A DNA stretch of 64,000 bases from a bacterium (GCA_030674455.1 JAUSGQ010000027.1:18786-82785), one strand, 5' to 3'; positions 9,463 to 18,696 are shown, counted from the stretch's first letter. Made by a program: numbers and translations. Notes: a model not told the origin generated them from the sequence alone.

Positions 9463-10743
9463 CTACCCCAGCGATGAAAATAGGTGTTCCGCAATTCTGT
9501 CCGACGGCAGAGTAAGCTCGCTGCCGGTTGCAAGATTCTTTATCGTGTAGCGCCCAGACTCTCTCTCTTTTGCACCTATAGCTATGACGAACGGTACTTT
9601 CATTTTGTCGGCCTGGCGGATTTGGTCGCCCACGCGCTTTCCGGAAAGATTGACGGCAACATTCACATCCTCGCTCCGCAGCTCCTGCGCAAGGCGCATC
9701 GCGTGAGGTAGGGCATCCTTTTCCACGATACATAGCATGAGTTCAGTGGCTGGAGCATACGTTGGCAAGAGGTTGTGCGTCTCCAGGAAGTCGCGGGCGG
9801 TTACATCGCCCATTCCGAATCCGACGGCAGGTATTGCGTCTCCGCCAAATATTGAAATCAGGTTATCGTATCGCCCGCCCCCGAAAATCGACCTGCGGTT
9901 GTTTTCATCCGTATCGTAAACCTCAAAAACCATGCCGGTGTAGTAATCGAATCCGCGCGTTATTTTTGTGTCGACTACCATGTTGTGAACTCCCATTGTC
10001 TCCAGCTGGGTGCGCAATTCCTCAAGATATGCGGTACTCGTTGTTCGCTCCAACAGTTCCAGAAGCTGTTCAGCCTTTTTGTCGCCGATAAGAGACTCGA
10101 GCTTCTTGCTGAAATCCGGGTTTTTCGCGCGCGTATCCAGAAGCCGCGTAAGCTCTGCTCGCATGTCCGCCTCAATGCCCACTGAATCATAAATTGAGTC
10201 GATGATGCGCCGGTCGGAAACGCGTATCTCGAAATTTCTTTCATCGGCCCCCATCGAGCGCATCACGCTGTGTGCGATTGCTATAATTTCAGCGTCTGCT
10301 TCAATGCCGGAAGCTCCGACGATGTCGGCATTCAACTGCCAGTGTTCTCGCAAGCGTCCGCGTTGAGGTCTTTCGTATCTAAATATATTCGCGATGGAAT
10401 ACCAACGTGCGGGAAGCGATATTTCTCGCGCTTTGCTTGCCACCATGCGGGCGAATGTAGGCGTCATTTCAGGCCGCAGAGTGACCTCGCGCTCGCCGCG
10501 GTCTGTGAAGGTATACGTCTGATCGTTAACTATTTCCTCAGACGTTTTACCGCGGTAGAGCTCGCTCGGTTCCAAGACAGATGCCCCGTATTCTTCGTAG
10601 CCGAAAAGCTCGCATACGCGCTCCATATGCTCAAAAAGGTATCGTAGAACAAACTGGTCTTCGGGATAGAAATCGCGTACGCCCTTGTAGGGTTCTAGTG
10701 AAATCTTCTCGCCTCGTTTCGCCATTGGCATATTATGCACCAA
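9463..10743 (-). CDS. hisS: Histidyl-tRNA synthetase
   Basis: 426 aa with class II aaRS motifs, a HisS-like N-terminus (GVRDFYPEDQFVLRYLFEHMERV) and a C-terminal anticodon-binding domain. Confidence 0.9.
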   Translation of the reverse strand: MVHNMPMAKRGEKISLEPYKGVRDFYPEDQFVLRYLFEHMERVCELFGYEEYGASVLEPSELYRGKTSEEIVNDQTYTFTDRGEREVTLRPEMTPTFARMVASKAREISLPARWYSIANIFRYERPQRGRLREHWQLNADIVGASGIEADAEIIAIAHSVMRSMGADERNFEIRVSDRRIIDSIYDSVGIEADMRAELTRLLDTRAKNPDFSKKLESLIGDKKAEQLLELLERTTSTAYLEELRTQLETMGVHNMVVDTKITRGFDYYTGMVFEVYDTDENNRRSIFGGGRYDNLISIFGGDAIPAVGFGMGDVTARDFLETHNLLPTYAPATELMLCIVEKDALPHAMRLAQELRSEDVNVAVNLSGKRVGDQIRQADKMKVPFVIAIGAKERESGRYTIKNLATGSELTLPSDRIAEHLFSSLG

Positions 10744-10764
10744 AAGTCAGATTAAGAAATACCC

Positions 10765-10811
10765 AAGGTCTCTCCTCTGGGATTTTGCATTTTGAGGTGA
10801 GACCTTGGGAA
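10765..10811. repeat. Long hairpin element CCCAAGGTCTCTCCTC..ATTTTGCATTTTGAGGTGAGACCTTGGG (one of two copies)
   Basis: About 85% identical to 41198-41247. Both copies sit in divergent promoter regions upstream of minus-strand genes. Confidence 0.7.
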
Positions 10812-10995
10812 TTTGCAAGCTCCAAAAATCAATTTGCAAAGAAATTGCAAATTACAATTTCCAAAACGTACCGTTTAGGGACTGGATTTTTGGATATTGT
10901 TTGCGAATTGCAAATTGAGTTTTGCAAATTTGTGGCGTGGCACTGCTGTTGTGCGGATTTCGTTTTTGCGATATAGTCTTGGGCATAAACAGGAT

Positions 10996-11154
10996 ATGTC
11001 GCAAGATCAACTATTCAGACTGGCATGCGCCAAGTGCGGTCGCATAAATTATTGGTCGCGCAAGAATCGCAAGCTTGTCACACGCAAAATTGAATTGAAG
11101 AAGTTCTGCAAATGGTGCAGAGCGCATACTAAACATAAAGAGGCTAAGAAATAA
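10996..11154 (+). CDS. rpmG: 50S ribosomal protein L33
   Basis: LACAKCGRINYWSRKNRKLVTRKIELKKFCKWCRAHTKHKEAKK carries the L33 zinc-ribbon signature. Start taken at MSQDQLF (10996). Confidence 0.85.
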   Translation: MSQDQLFRLACAKCGRINYWSRKNRKLVTRKIELKKFCKWCRAHTKHKEAKK

Positions 11155-11384
11155 CGCTGGTAATGATAATCGTTAAGAGATACTGCAAAACCATTTGCAG
11201 AAGGAAGGGGTCGGGAAACCTTCTGGTTTCCCGTGGAGGAAGGAATGGGAAAACCGAGGGTTTCCCAGGATGCTTACATGGTGCAGAGCGCACACCAAGC
11301 ACAAGGAGGCACGGAGGGGACGTAAAGGCGAAGTTGTGCATAACTAGCATGACACCGATTCTGCATTGCGGTGTACTATAACTA

Positions 11385-12068
11385 TTGTCGATGGTTCGTA
11401 TGCTTGCCAAAACATCGGAGAAGAAAAAAGCAATGAAGTTGCGCTCACTGGGTTATTCTTTGAATGAGATTTCTGATTTGCTCAAAATCTCGAAGTCATC
11501 GGCCTCACTTTGGTTACGCGACGTACATTTGTCCGAACAAGCAAGAAAAATAATCTCCCAGAAGCGCGAACAAGCTCGACTCAAATCTGCACTAACGAAT
11601 CACGACCGATTGCTGAAACGACTTGATGAAGCAGAGAAGTTTGCGAACGAGACCGTGGAGATGATAAGAATAGATGCGAAAATATCTCGCATTACGTGTG
11701 CACTTTTGTACTGGTGCGAGGGTGAGAAAGCCAAGTCAGACAAAACTCTAACATTTGCCAATTCCGACCCCAAACTAATCGCCACCTTCCTGGCCATGTT
11801 AAGGATGGGATTTGAGATTAGTGAGAGTAAGTTTAGAGTGTGTCTGCATCTCCATGATTACCATAATGAAGGAAAACAAATCGCATTTTGGTCACGAGTC
11901 ACAGGTATACCGGCCACTCAATTCTCAAAAACATACAACAAACCGCACACAGGAAAACGTACAAGGGAAGGATATGCAGGATGCGCAAGTATACGGTATT
12001 ATGACACTCGAATCGCTCGGCAGGTGCAAGCCACGGCGCGAGCTTTTCTAAGGAAAACGGGCCTATAG
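11385..12068 (+). CDS. HTH-domain protein with possible LAGLIDADG-like C-terminal region
   Basis: N-terminal HTH (LRSLGYSLNEISDLLKISKSSASLWLRD). LLYWCEGEKAKSDKTLTFANSDPKLIATFLAMLRMGF loosely resembles a LAGLIDADG motif region. The 3' end overlaps tRNA-Trp. Confidence 0.35.
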   Translation: MSMVRMLAKTSEKKKAMKLRSLGYSLNEISDLLKISKSSASLWLRDVHLSEQARKIISQKREQARLKSALTNHDRLLKRLDEAEKFANETVEMIRIDAKISRITCALLYWCEGEKAKSDKTLTFANSDPKLIATFLAMLRMGFEISESKFRVCLHLHDYHNEGKQIAFWSRVTGIPATQFSKTYNKPHTGKRTREGYAGCASIRYYDTRIARQVQATARAFLRKTGL

Positions 12069-12133
12069 TTCAATGGCTAGAATTTCTCTCTCCAAAAGAG
12101 AAGATCAAGGTTCGAGTCCTTGTGGGCCCGCCA
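12059..12133 (+). tRNA. tRNA-Trp(CCA)
   Basis: Acceptor GGGCCTA/TGGGCCC, anticodon loop CTCCAAA, T-loop TTCGAGT, discriminator G, CCA encoded. Confidence 0.8.
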
Positions 12134-12164
12134 AAAACATCAAACTGCTATAATTGCGGTTCTG

Positions 12165-12707
12165 ATGGACTATATGACAAATTTCCTCCCAGCTCATCCG
12201 GAAGAAAAGAAAAGACTTGATGCACTTCATGCACTTGGTATTCTCGATACGGAACCAGATTCGGCGTTTGACGAGATTACCAAGGAGGTGACCAGGTTGC
12301 TGCACGTACCCATCTCAACGATTTCACTGATTGATAATGAGCGCGAATGGTACAAGTCGCGCCAGGGACTGCAAATGCGTGAAGGCCCTCGCGTTATTGC
12401 TTTTTGTAGTTGGGCATTGTTAGCGAAGCGCATATTTATCGTTGAAGATTTACTGAAGGACGAACGGTTCAAAGACAATCCGTATGTTACTGGCGATCCC
12501 CTCCTCCGTTTCTACGCGGGTGTACCCCTGTATGACTGGGGGAGCAGACTGCCAGTCGGGGTTCTATGTGCAAAAGACGTTAAACCGCGGACATTGAGCC
12601 TTAAAGAAATTGAAACCCTGCTTGTACTGGCTAAAGAAGCAGAAAATCTGATAAACAATTACCGATTGCATACCAAAAATAACTCTCCAGGAGGCAGATA
12701 TCCATAA
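12165..12707 (+). CDS. GAF-domain protein
   Basis: ALHALGILDTEPDSAFDEITKEVTRLLHVPISTISLIDNEREWYKSRQGL follows the GAF pattern. Start moved to MDYMTNF to avoid the tRNA overlap. Confidence 0.55.
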   Translation: MDYMTNFLPAHPEEKKRLDALHALGILDTEPDSAFDEITKEVTRLLHVPISTISLIDNEREWYKSRQGLQMREGPRVIAFCSWALLAKRIFIVEDLLKDERFKDNPYVTGDPLLRFYAGVPLYDWGSRLPVGVLCAKDVKPRTLSLKEIETLLVLAKEAENLINNYRLHTKNNSPGGRYP

Positions 12708-12768
12708 TCGAGATTTCTTGCGCACTCGTGACCGATTGGCAGCTATAGTTCAGGTGTATCATGCAATC

Positions 12769-14355
12769 ATGAACCAAAAAGCCATGCCTATTGGTAGGCA
12801 GGGATTTTCGCAGCTGATTTTGCTGGTCATTGCGGGACTCGTCATTTTGGGAGGAGGCGCTTGGTATTATCAGCAGCCGTCCGCGCAAAATAAACCTGCC
12901 ACAGATATGCAGACAATCTCGACTGCCACGCAATCGTCTTCAGTCTCTGTAGTGCCAGAACCTTCTGCCGACAATACATCTCCTGCTCTGGTTGAGCAGG
13001 AACAACAAGCAAATAAAAAGACATCGTCGATAACACCGACGCAAAACACTGTCCCAAAAACACCAGCACAGACTACTGGCTCGACTAAACAAGTCACTGC
13101 GCCGGCGGACGTAGCGCCCCCCGCACCATCCACGCCCGAAATCTCATGCACCAGTCCTACCGATACGAGGCATATGGATATTTTCGATTCCCATGCACAC
13201 AACATCATACCCAAATTCAGCTTGTCTCAGATGATTGCGGAGATGAATAAGGCAGGAGTGAGTGTGACAAACCTGTATTCGGGCACACTTGATATCGCAT
13301 CTCAATATCCCGGCAGATTTATTACATTCGTAGATACTCCCGATTCGCCACAACCCTCTACATGGCTCGCGCAAGGCCAGGCATTCGTTACTTCTGCCGA
13401 GGCGATGTTGAAGACAGGAAAATATTATGGCATAGGCGAAACGAACTTGAGATACTGGGGTGGCAAGGGTAGCGCTCCGACTTTACAGATCAATGTTTCG
13501 TCGGATAATCCCATCTGGCTTCAGTTAATGAACTTGTCCGCTCAATATCACGTCCCTATCTCATTTCACTTCGTGCCTGACGATACCGTCGCGAACGCCG
13601 CTTTTGAAAGAATGCTGAGTTCGAACAAGAATGCAACTTTCATCTGGGCTCATCTCGGATTTAACGGTCATCCGCTCAACCGCACAACGCTCAGCGATTA
13701 CCTTTTGCGATACCCCAATTTATACTTCGACACGGCTGGGATTCAGAATATGCAAAATCCTTTGCCGATGGACAATTCTAATTGGGCGCGGCTCATGCCT
13801 AACGGTCGATTGGACAAAGACTGGAAGCAATTCTTTGAAACATGGAACTCCCGCATCTTATTCGGTTCAGACGCCGGAGGGGGAGGAAATGGCCTGGAGA
13901 GATGGCTCAACTATTCGAGCAATGCAAGCGATGGCGCTCCCGCAGACGCCATCGGACACTGGAAATCTCTATTTTCCTACACGGACCAAAATACTGCCCG
14001 CAATATCCTAAGCGCCAACGCCCGAGAGCTTTTCTTGAAGGACCAGAAGAAACCCTACAATTATTCGGTTTCCTCAGGTGGTAAATGTTATACAATTTCC
14101 GTACGTTCCGAATCTTCCGTTTCGGCTCTGACGTTCAATCCGAGTACGCGCACAATCGCCTTCACGGTAGCCAACTCTAACGATACGACGGGCAACGCCG
14201 TGATAACCATACCGATAGCGTTCGGCACAAACTTCACAGCTTCTGTGGATGGAAAGCGCGTTAAATCTCAATCCACCTCAAATTCCACCGACACTACAAT
14301 AAGCTTGGAATATTCCGGCGGCATAAAATTGATTACTCTCAACGCGACAGAGTGA
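12769..14355 (+). CDS. Membrane-anchored amidohydrolase-family (TIM-barrel metal hydrolase) protein
   Basis: N-terminal TM, a Thr/Pro-rich linker, then the DIFDSHAHNII motif typical of amidohydrolase_2/TatD-like folds. Confidence 0.45.
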   Translation: MNQKAMPIGRQGFSQLILLVIAGLVILGGGAWYYQQPSAQNKPATDMQTISTATQSSSVSVVPEPSADNTSPALVEQEQQANKKTSSITPTQNTVPKTPAQTTGSTKQVTAPADVAPPAPSTPEISCTSPTDTRHMDIFDSHAHNIIPKFSLSQMIAEMNKAGVSVTNLYSGTLDIASQYPGRFITFVDTPDSPQPSTWLAQGQAFVTSAEAMLKTGKYYGIGETNLRYWGGKGSAPTLQINVSSDNPIWLQLMNLSAQYHVPISFHFVPDDTVANAAFERMLSSNKNATFIWAHLGFNGHPLNRTTLSDYLLRYPNLYFDTAGIQNMQNPLPMDNSNWARLMPNGRLDKDWKQFFETWNSRILFGSDAGGGGNGLERWLNYSSNASDGAPADAIGHWKSLFSYTDQNTARNILSANARELFLKDQKKPYNYSVSSGGKCYTISVRSESSVSALTFNPSTRTIAFTVANSNDTTGNAVITIPIAFGTNFTASVDGKRVKSQSTSNSTDTTISLEYSGGIKLITLNATE

Positions 14356-14450
14356 GAATAAAGTGTAGTGAACCTTTAAAGCTAAGAACTCGCCATGAAG
14401 GTTCTGACGTCGTACCACACGGCCCGCATCCGCCAAAAGAGAATTGACGC

Positions 14451-14897
14451 ATGAAATCGGAATTTACAATCGGCGTATTTGGAATCATTGTTGACTCAAA
14501 AGGCCGGGTTTTGCTTTGCCATAGGCGGGATTACGACCTGTGGAATCTGCCTGGCGGAGGTTTAGATACTGGAGAATCTGTTCTGGATGGAGTAAAAAGA
14601 GAGGTCAAAGAAGAAACTGGGCTGAATGTTGAGGTTATGAAATTGGTCGGAGTTTACACCAAAGAAAGCAAGAATGAGATGGTTTTTTCTTTTGTCTGCG
14701 CTGTTACCGGCGGTCAAATTACGTTAAACGATGAGGCAGACAAAATTGAATATTTCGAGATAAATAAATTGCCTGCAAATACTGTTCCAAAACAAGTTGA
14801 GAGAATCAATGATGCCGTTAACAATACCAAAGAAGTAATTTTTAAAGTCCAAACAGGTGAATCCTCGATTGAATTGATTAGAGAAGGAGTACTTTAG
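14451..14897 (+). CDS. NUDIX hydrolase
   Basis: Nudix box GGGLDTGESVLDGVKREVKEETGL. Confidence 0.85.
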   Translation: MKSEFTIGVFGIIVDSKGRVLLCHRRDYDLWNLPGGGLDTGESVLDGVKREVKEETGLNVEVMKLVGVYTKESKNEMVFSFVCAVTGGQITLNDEADKIEYFEINKLPANTVPKQVERINDAVNNTKEVIFKVQTGESSIELIREGVL

Positions 14898-14996
14898 AGA
14901 AAGTTCCTTTGCATTGTTGTGAGCTGGGCATTTTCATTAGAATTTCACTGCCGCTCAAGCACCATGAGTCATTAATAGTTTATTCAATAAAATTCT

Positions 14997-15212
14997 ATGA
15001 CTTCATACGTTGTTGAATGTACATGTGGGCATGATTTGAAAGTCAATGCATCCGGTCGCGATGACGCGGTGGAAAAGGCTAAGCGGATGATGGACAAGGA
15101 TGGAATCATGCAGCACTACAAGAAGCACCATCCGGGCGAAACGGTGCCTTCAGTCGCTGAGATTCACGCACACATAGAGCAAGACATAAGGGAAACAGTG
15201 GCTGCGAGATAG
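14997..15212 (+). CDS. Hypothetical small protein (CxCG motif)
   Basis: 71 aa beginning MTSYVVECTCGHDL. No family recognised. Confidence 0.4.
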   Translation: MTSYVVECTCGHDLKVNASGRDDAVEKAKRMMDKDGIMQHYKKHHPGETVPSVAEIHAHIEQDIRETVAAR

Positions 15213-15227
15213 ATGTGTAGCTCAAGC

Positions 15228-15271
15228 CAAAAACATTCCAACATTCTCAAGAATGTTGGAATGTTTTTGGA
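15228..15271. repeat. 44-nt perfect hairpin CCAAAAACATTCCAACATTC-tcaa-GAATGTTGGAATGTTTTTGG
   Basis: 20-bp perfect stem. A related 26-nt palindrome TTCCAACATTCTCAAGAATGTTGGAA occurs inside the dus CDS at 45956-45982. Confidence 0.8.
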
Positions 15272-15310
15272 TAAAAATGCGTTCTTCTGTCGAGGGCGTA
15301 TAATGCGTGA

Positions 15311-16030
15311 ATGAGGCGCGTACTTGTCGTCGGTGGCTCGGAAGAGTATTCGGGGGCAGTATTCCTCGCTGGAATAGCCGCCCTGCGTTCCGGCGCGGAG
15401 TCAGTCATCATCATGGCTCCTGAAAAAGTTGCGTGGGCCATAAATGCACTCTCCCCCGACATAATGACTAGAAAATTGCGAGGAAGATATTTGGGTATGT
15501 CGCACAAGGCGGAGATACTCCGTCAGCTAAAAACTGCCGATGTTTTCGTATTGGGGAATGGAGCGACAACTCGCCCGGGCACAGCCACACTCATGCGGGC
15601 GCTCTGCAAATGGCCGGGAAAAAAGATAATTGATGCGGACGCTCTCAAGGTATTGCACAGCAACAAAGTTTCAAACGCGATTCTTACTCCGAATGCCGGC
15701 GAATGGAAATTGTTAAAAAAAAACAATGACATACAAAAACTTCTTGCGAAGAATATAATTATCAAAAAAGGGATGCCAACGCAGATTCTTTTCCAATCAA
15801 AGGTCTTTCAACAAAAGGGCACCAACCGCGGATTAGAAAAAGCCGGCACAGGCGATGTGCTTGCGGGCCTCTGTGCAGGATACTTGGCGCAGGGATTTTC
15901 TTCATGGGATGCGGCGAAGAAGGCATGCGAAACCGGAAACAAAGTCGCCGAACTCCTCACAAAGAAAAAGAGGGGGTACTATTTTCTTGCAAGCGATATT
16001 GTTGAGGAGCTTAGAAAAATATCTAAATAA
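15311..16030 (+). CDS. YjeF C-terminal domain / NAD(P)H-hydrate dehydratase-like carbohydrate kinase
   Basis: VLVVGGSEEYSGAVFLAGIAALRSGAESVII and C-terminal GTGDVLAGLCAGYLAQG. Confidence 0.75.
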   Translation: MRRVLVVGGSEEYSGAVFLAGIAALRSGAESVIIMAPEKVAWAINALSPDIMTRKLRGRYLGMSHKAEILRQLKTADVFVLGNGATTRPGTATLMRALCKWPGKKIIDADALKVLHSNKVSNAILTPNAGEWKLLKKNNDIQKLLAKNIIIKKGMPTQILFQSKVFQQKGTNRGLEKAGTGDVLAGLCAGYLAQGFSSWDAAKKACETGNKVAELLTKKKRGYYFLASDIVEELRKISK

Positions 16031-16035
16031 CCGAC

Positions 16036-16623
16036 ATGGAATACAAAATTATTCTTGGCTATATAACGATAGTAATCGCTATCCTCGGATATATTCCGTA
16101 TTTTAGGGATATTTTTAGGGGGAAAACAAAGCCGCATGTTTTTTCCTGGTTCATTTGGGGATTAATAAATGTAATAGTTTTTCTCGCCCAAGTCGTTGGA
16201 CATGGCGGTGCGGGCAGTTGGGTTACGGCTGTTACGGCATTGGCGTGTCTTACCATTGCCGCGCTGTCTTTGAGGAATGGCAAAAGGGACTTTTCCGTCA
16301 TTGATTGGTTATCACTTGCGGGAGCGCTACTGGCAATTTTACTCTGGGTGGTTACGAGTGAGCCATTACTTACAGTTATCTTGCTGACAATAGCTGACAT
16401 CATTGGATTTGTGCCCACGTTCCGAAAAAGCTATTCCAAACCGCAAGAGGAAACAGTTGCCGCATTTGCTTTGGCTGGGTTGAAATACGCAATAGCACTT
16501 TTTGCACTTAACTCGTTTACCATGACAACGGCACTGTTTCCCACATCTCTTGTTTTAACAAATTTGGTCTTTGTTGCGATGCTAATGATACGGCGGAAAC
16601 AATTGCGGCTAAAAGCGCTGTAA
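16036..16623 (+). CDS. Hypothetical polytopic membrane protein
   Basis: 195 aa with about six predicted TM helices. Confidence 0.45.
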   Translation: MEYKIILGYITIVIAILGYIPYFRDIFRGKTKPHVFSWFIWGLINVIVFLAQVVGHGGAGSWVTAVTALACLTIAALSLRNGKRDFSVIDWLSLAGALLAILLWVVTSEPLLTVILLTIADIIGFVPTFRKSYSKPQEETVAAFALAGLKYAIALFALNSFTMTTALFPTSLVLTNLVFVAMLMIRRKQLRLKAL

Positions 16624-16639
16624 ATATACCTAATTTAGT

Positions 16640-16671
16640 CTATGCTAGTGTTTTGCAAAACACTAGCATAG
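16640..16671. repeat. Palindromic repeat (TTTTGCAAAA-core family) between convergent genes
   Basis: CTATGCTAGTGTTTTGCAAAACACTAGCATAG. Candidate bidirectional terminator. Confidence 0.7.
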
Positions 16672-16679
16672 GGTTTTCT

Positions 16680-17588
16680 CTACTTGGAAGTGCCAACGAA
16701 AGTGCGAACGCGTTTTTCAAGTTCTCTAATTTGAGAAGGTTTGAACCACTTGATGTCATGATTTCGATTCCAGTAGGTGATTTGCCGTTTCGCGTAGTGA
16801 ACGCTGTCGCGAACAATTTTCTCCTCCAATTCTTTGCGATTGAGTTTCTTTTGTAGGTACATGGCCAGTGAGCGATATTCAAGGCCGAAGGATTCCATTC
16901 TCTTATACGAGAGACCTTGCTTGTGCAGTTTGATTGCTTCCTTAATCATTCCCACTTTCATCCGCGCGCGCATGCGCGCGCGGATACGTTTCTTCAGTTC
17001 TTGTTTGGGGCGAGAAATTCCAATCCACAAAACATCGAAATAGTGGTTTCGTAAACCCTTAATATCCGGCACGCGCCCGAGAGTTGCGACGGTTTCAATG
17101 GCGCGAACCAGACGGCGTTTGTTATTTTTATCTATTGTTTTTGCCCGTCGAGCATCTTGTTTCTTGAGCATGAAGAATAATTGTTCCGCGCTCATTTTAT
17201 CCAACTTCTTTCGCAGCATGGCGTTTATAGGTACGCTGGACAAAGCAACGCGGCCAACCAATGCGTCAATGTAGAAACCGGTACCACCGACTATGATTGG
17301 CAATTTATCTCTGCCATTAATTTGTGCGATTGCGCGCTTTGAGCGAGTGACGAAATCATGCGCGGTAAAAGTGCGATGAGGTGACATCTCATCGAGCAAG
17401 TGGTGGGGAACACCCTTCATCTCACGCTTCGTTATCTTTCCCGAGCCGATATCGAGACCTTTGTACACCTGCCGCGAGTCTGCGGAAATTATCTCGCCAT
17501 TGAATTCGCGAGCGAGCTCGACGGCGAGAGAACTTTTTCCGGATGAAGTAGGACCCACAATAACTAGTAACTTCGGCATCTTTTGCAT
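16680..17588 (-). CDS. miaA: tRNA dimethylallyltransferase
   Basis: P-loop GPTSSGKSSLAVELA, then ISADSRQVYKGLDIGSGK. Confidence 0.9.
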   Translation of the reverse strand: MQKMPKLLVIVGPTSSGKSSLAVELAREFNGEIISADSRQVYKGLDIGSGKITKREMKGVPHHLLDEMSPHRTFTAHDFVTRSKRAIAQINGRDKLPIIVGGTGFYIDALVGRVALSSVPINAMLRKKLDKMSAEQLFFMLKKQDARRAKTIDKNNKRRLVRAIETVATLGRVPDIKGLRNHYFDVLWIGISRPKQELKKRIRARMRARMKVGMIKEAIKLHKQGLSYKRMESFGLEYRSLAMYLQKKLNRKELEEKIVRDSVHYAKRQITYWNRNHDIKWFKPSQIRELEKRVRTFVGTSK

Positions 17589-17668
17589 GGCACAAGAATA
17601 CAGTAGTTGGCAATAAGCGCCAATGCGAGACTGAGAATACGGTATAATTGATAAGCAAAACTTGACCT

Positions 17669-18262
17669 ATGGAATCACCGGAAGGAGGAAGACCAGCGAG
17701 CATGTCGAAGAGAAAGACGCTTAAAGAATTGGGTATCGCTGGTGCCGCAGTTAGACTTGGGCTTGCGGGAACAATTGGGAAGTTAATATTTGATGCCGCG
17801 AAAGAGAAAAAGGAGAAAGCTAAACCGAAATCAGATCCGGAAAAGGATTGGTTACCCACAATGCTGAATGAGTCACGGAAGGAGAGGGAAAACCCTAAAG
17901 TTCTTCAAGCTCAAGTAGATTTCCTGTGCAGGCTAGGAGAAAGCAAGGAGGACGTTGAGGCAGTGGTAAAAGGAAAAAAAGAAAAACTAGAGAACCTGGT
18001 AGATTCATGGATAGAGAGAGCAGATAAACAATCTGCTGGGTTCAGTGTAACTGAGAAAAATGACGTTAGGGTTAGAATTCGAGAGTGGTTTCAATTTAGA
18101 TTTGCTGATGAGAGAGGTCCTTTTAGTAAGAAAAATAAAGCTCCCAAGGAACCTCTAAATGAGGAAACTCTTAAAGCGGCGATTAGCGAGCAGATTCTTA
18201 TCCTTACAGATCTGCAGGACGAGATTGCTAGGGATAAATTGCGGGAAAACACTCCTAAATGA
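17669..18262 (+). CDS. Hypothetical Lys/Glu-rich protein
   Basis: 197 aa with charged, coiled-coil-like composition. TATAAT-like -10 at 17642. Confidence 0.4.
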   Translation: MESPEGGRPASMSKRKTLKELGIAGAAVRLGLAGTIGKLIFDAAKEKKEKAKPKSDPEKDWLPTMLNESRKERENPKVLQAQVDFLCRLGESKEDVEAVVKGKKEKLENLVDSWIERADKQSAGFSVTEKNDVRVRIREWFQFRFADERGPFSKKNKAPKEPLNEETLKAAISEQILILTDLQDEIARDKLRENTPK

Positions 18263-18365
18263 TAAATGCGAGAAGCACCGACCGGGTGCCTTTCGCATTG
18301 GATGTGCCGGGAGAGGGACTTGGTCACAAATAATTCCTGTGCCGTCGCACAAGAATTTTCGCTAA

Positions 18366-18399
18366 GCCTATCCATTTGTGATAGGCACCTGTAGACGGC
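18366..18399 (-). repeat. 35-nt motif GCCGTCTACAGGTGCCTATC-N7-GATAGGC (copy 2 of 3)
   Basis: Reverse-complement copy; the others are at 8703-8737 and 19872-19904. Confidence 0.75.
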
Positions 18400-18528
18400 C
18401 CGGCTCGGCATTTCGCGTACTCGCGAGAATATGCCTCCGCCTTTCAAGTCCCTCGCGCGATGTGCGCAGGCACACCGCTTCCCACCACAGTCTCACTGCG
18501 TTCGTCTGTGGGGTTGTACGATGATGTA

Positions 18529-18696
18529 CGAACCTATTTTAGCAGGAACTCGGACTGACTCGCGCGCTCCGCGCGCGTGGTGGCTTTGTATTCTGTCTTG
18601 CGATTGGATTTTGTACCCGCCCCCGCCCCGCCGCACTCTCCTCCATACGCATCTATTTCGCGGGGGTTTTTGAAAATTGAATGGGCGGCGGGGCGG
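18529..18696 (+). repeat. Long inverted repeat P (left copy), about 168 bp
   Basis: About 90% identical to the reverse complement of 27706-27889, with one roughly 14-nt indel. It has an internal GC hairpin. Confidence 0.85.

Noticed and set aside
10744-10995. T-box riboswitch upstream of hisS
   Set aside because: I searched both strands for the conserved T-box sequence (GGGTGGTACCGCG / its reverse complement) and did not find it. The leader has a different repeated hairpin instead.
12120-12164. Upstream start of the GAF-domain ORF overlapping tRNA-Trp
   Set aside because: The first 15 codons lie inside the tRNA-Trp 3' half. The internal Met (MDYMTNF) was chosen instead.
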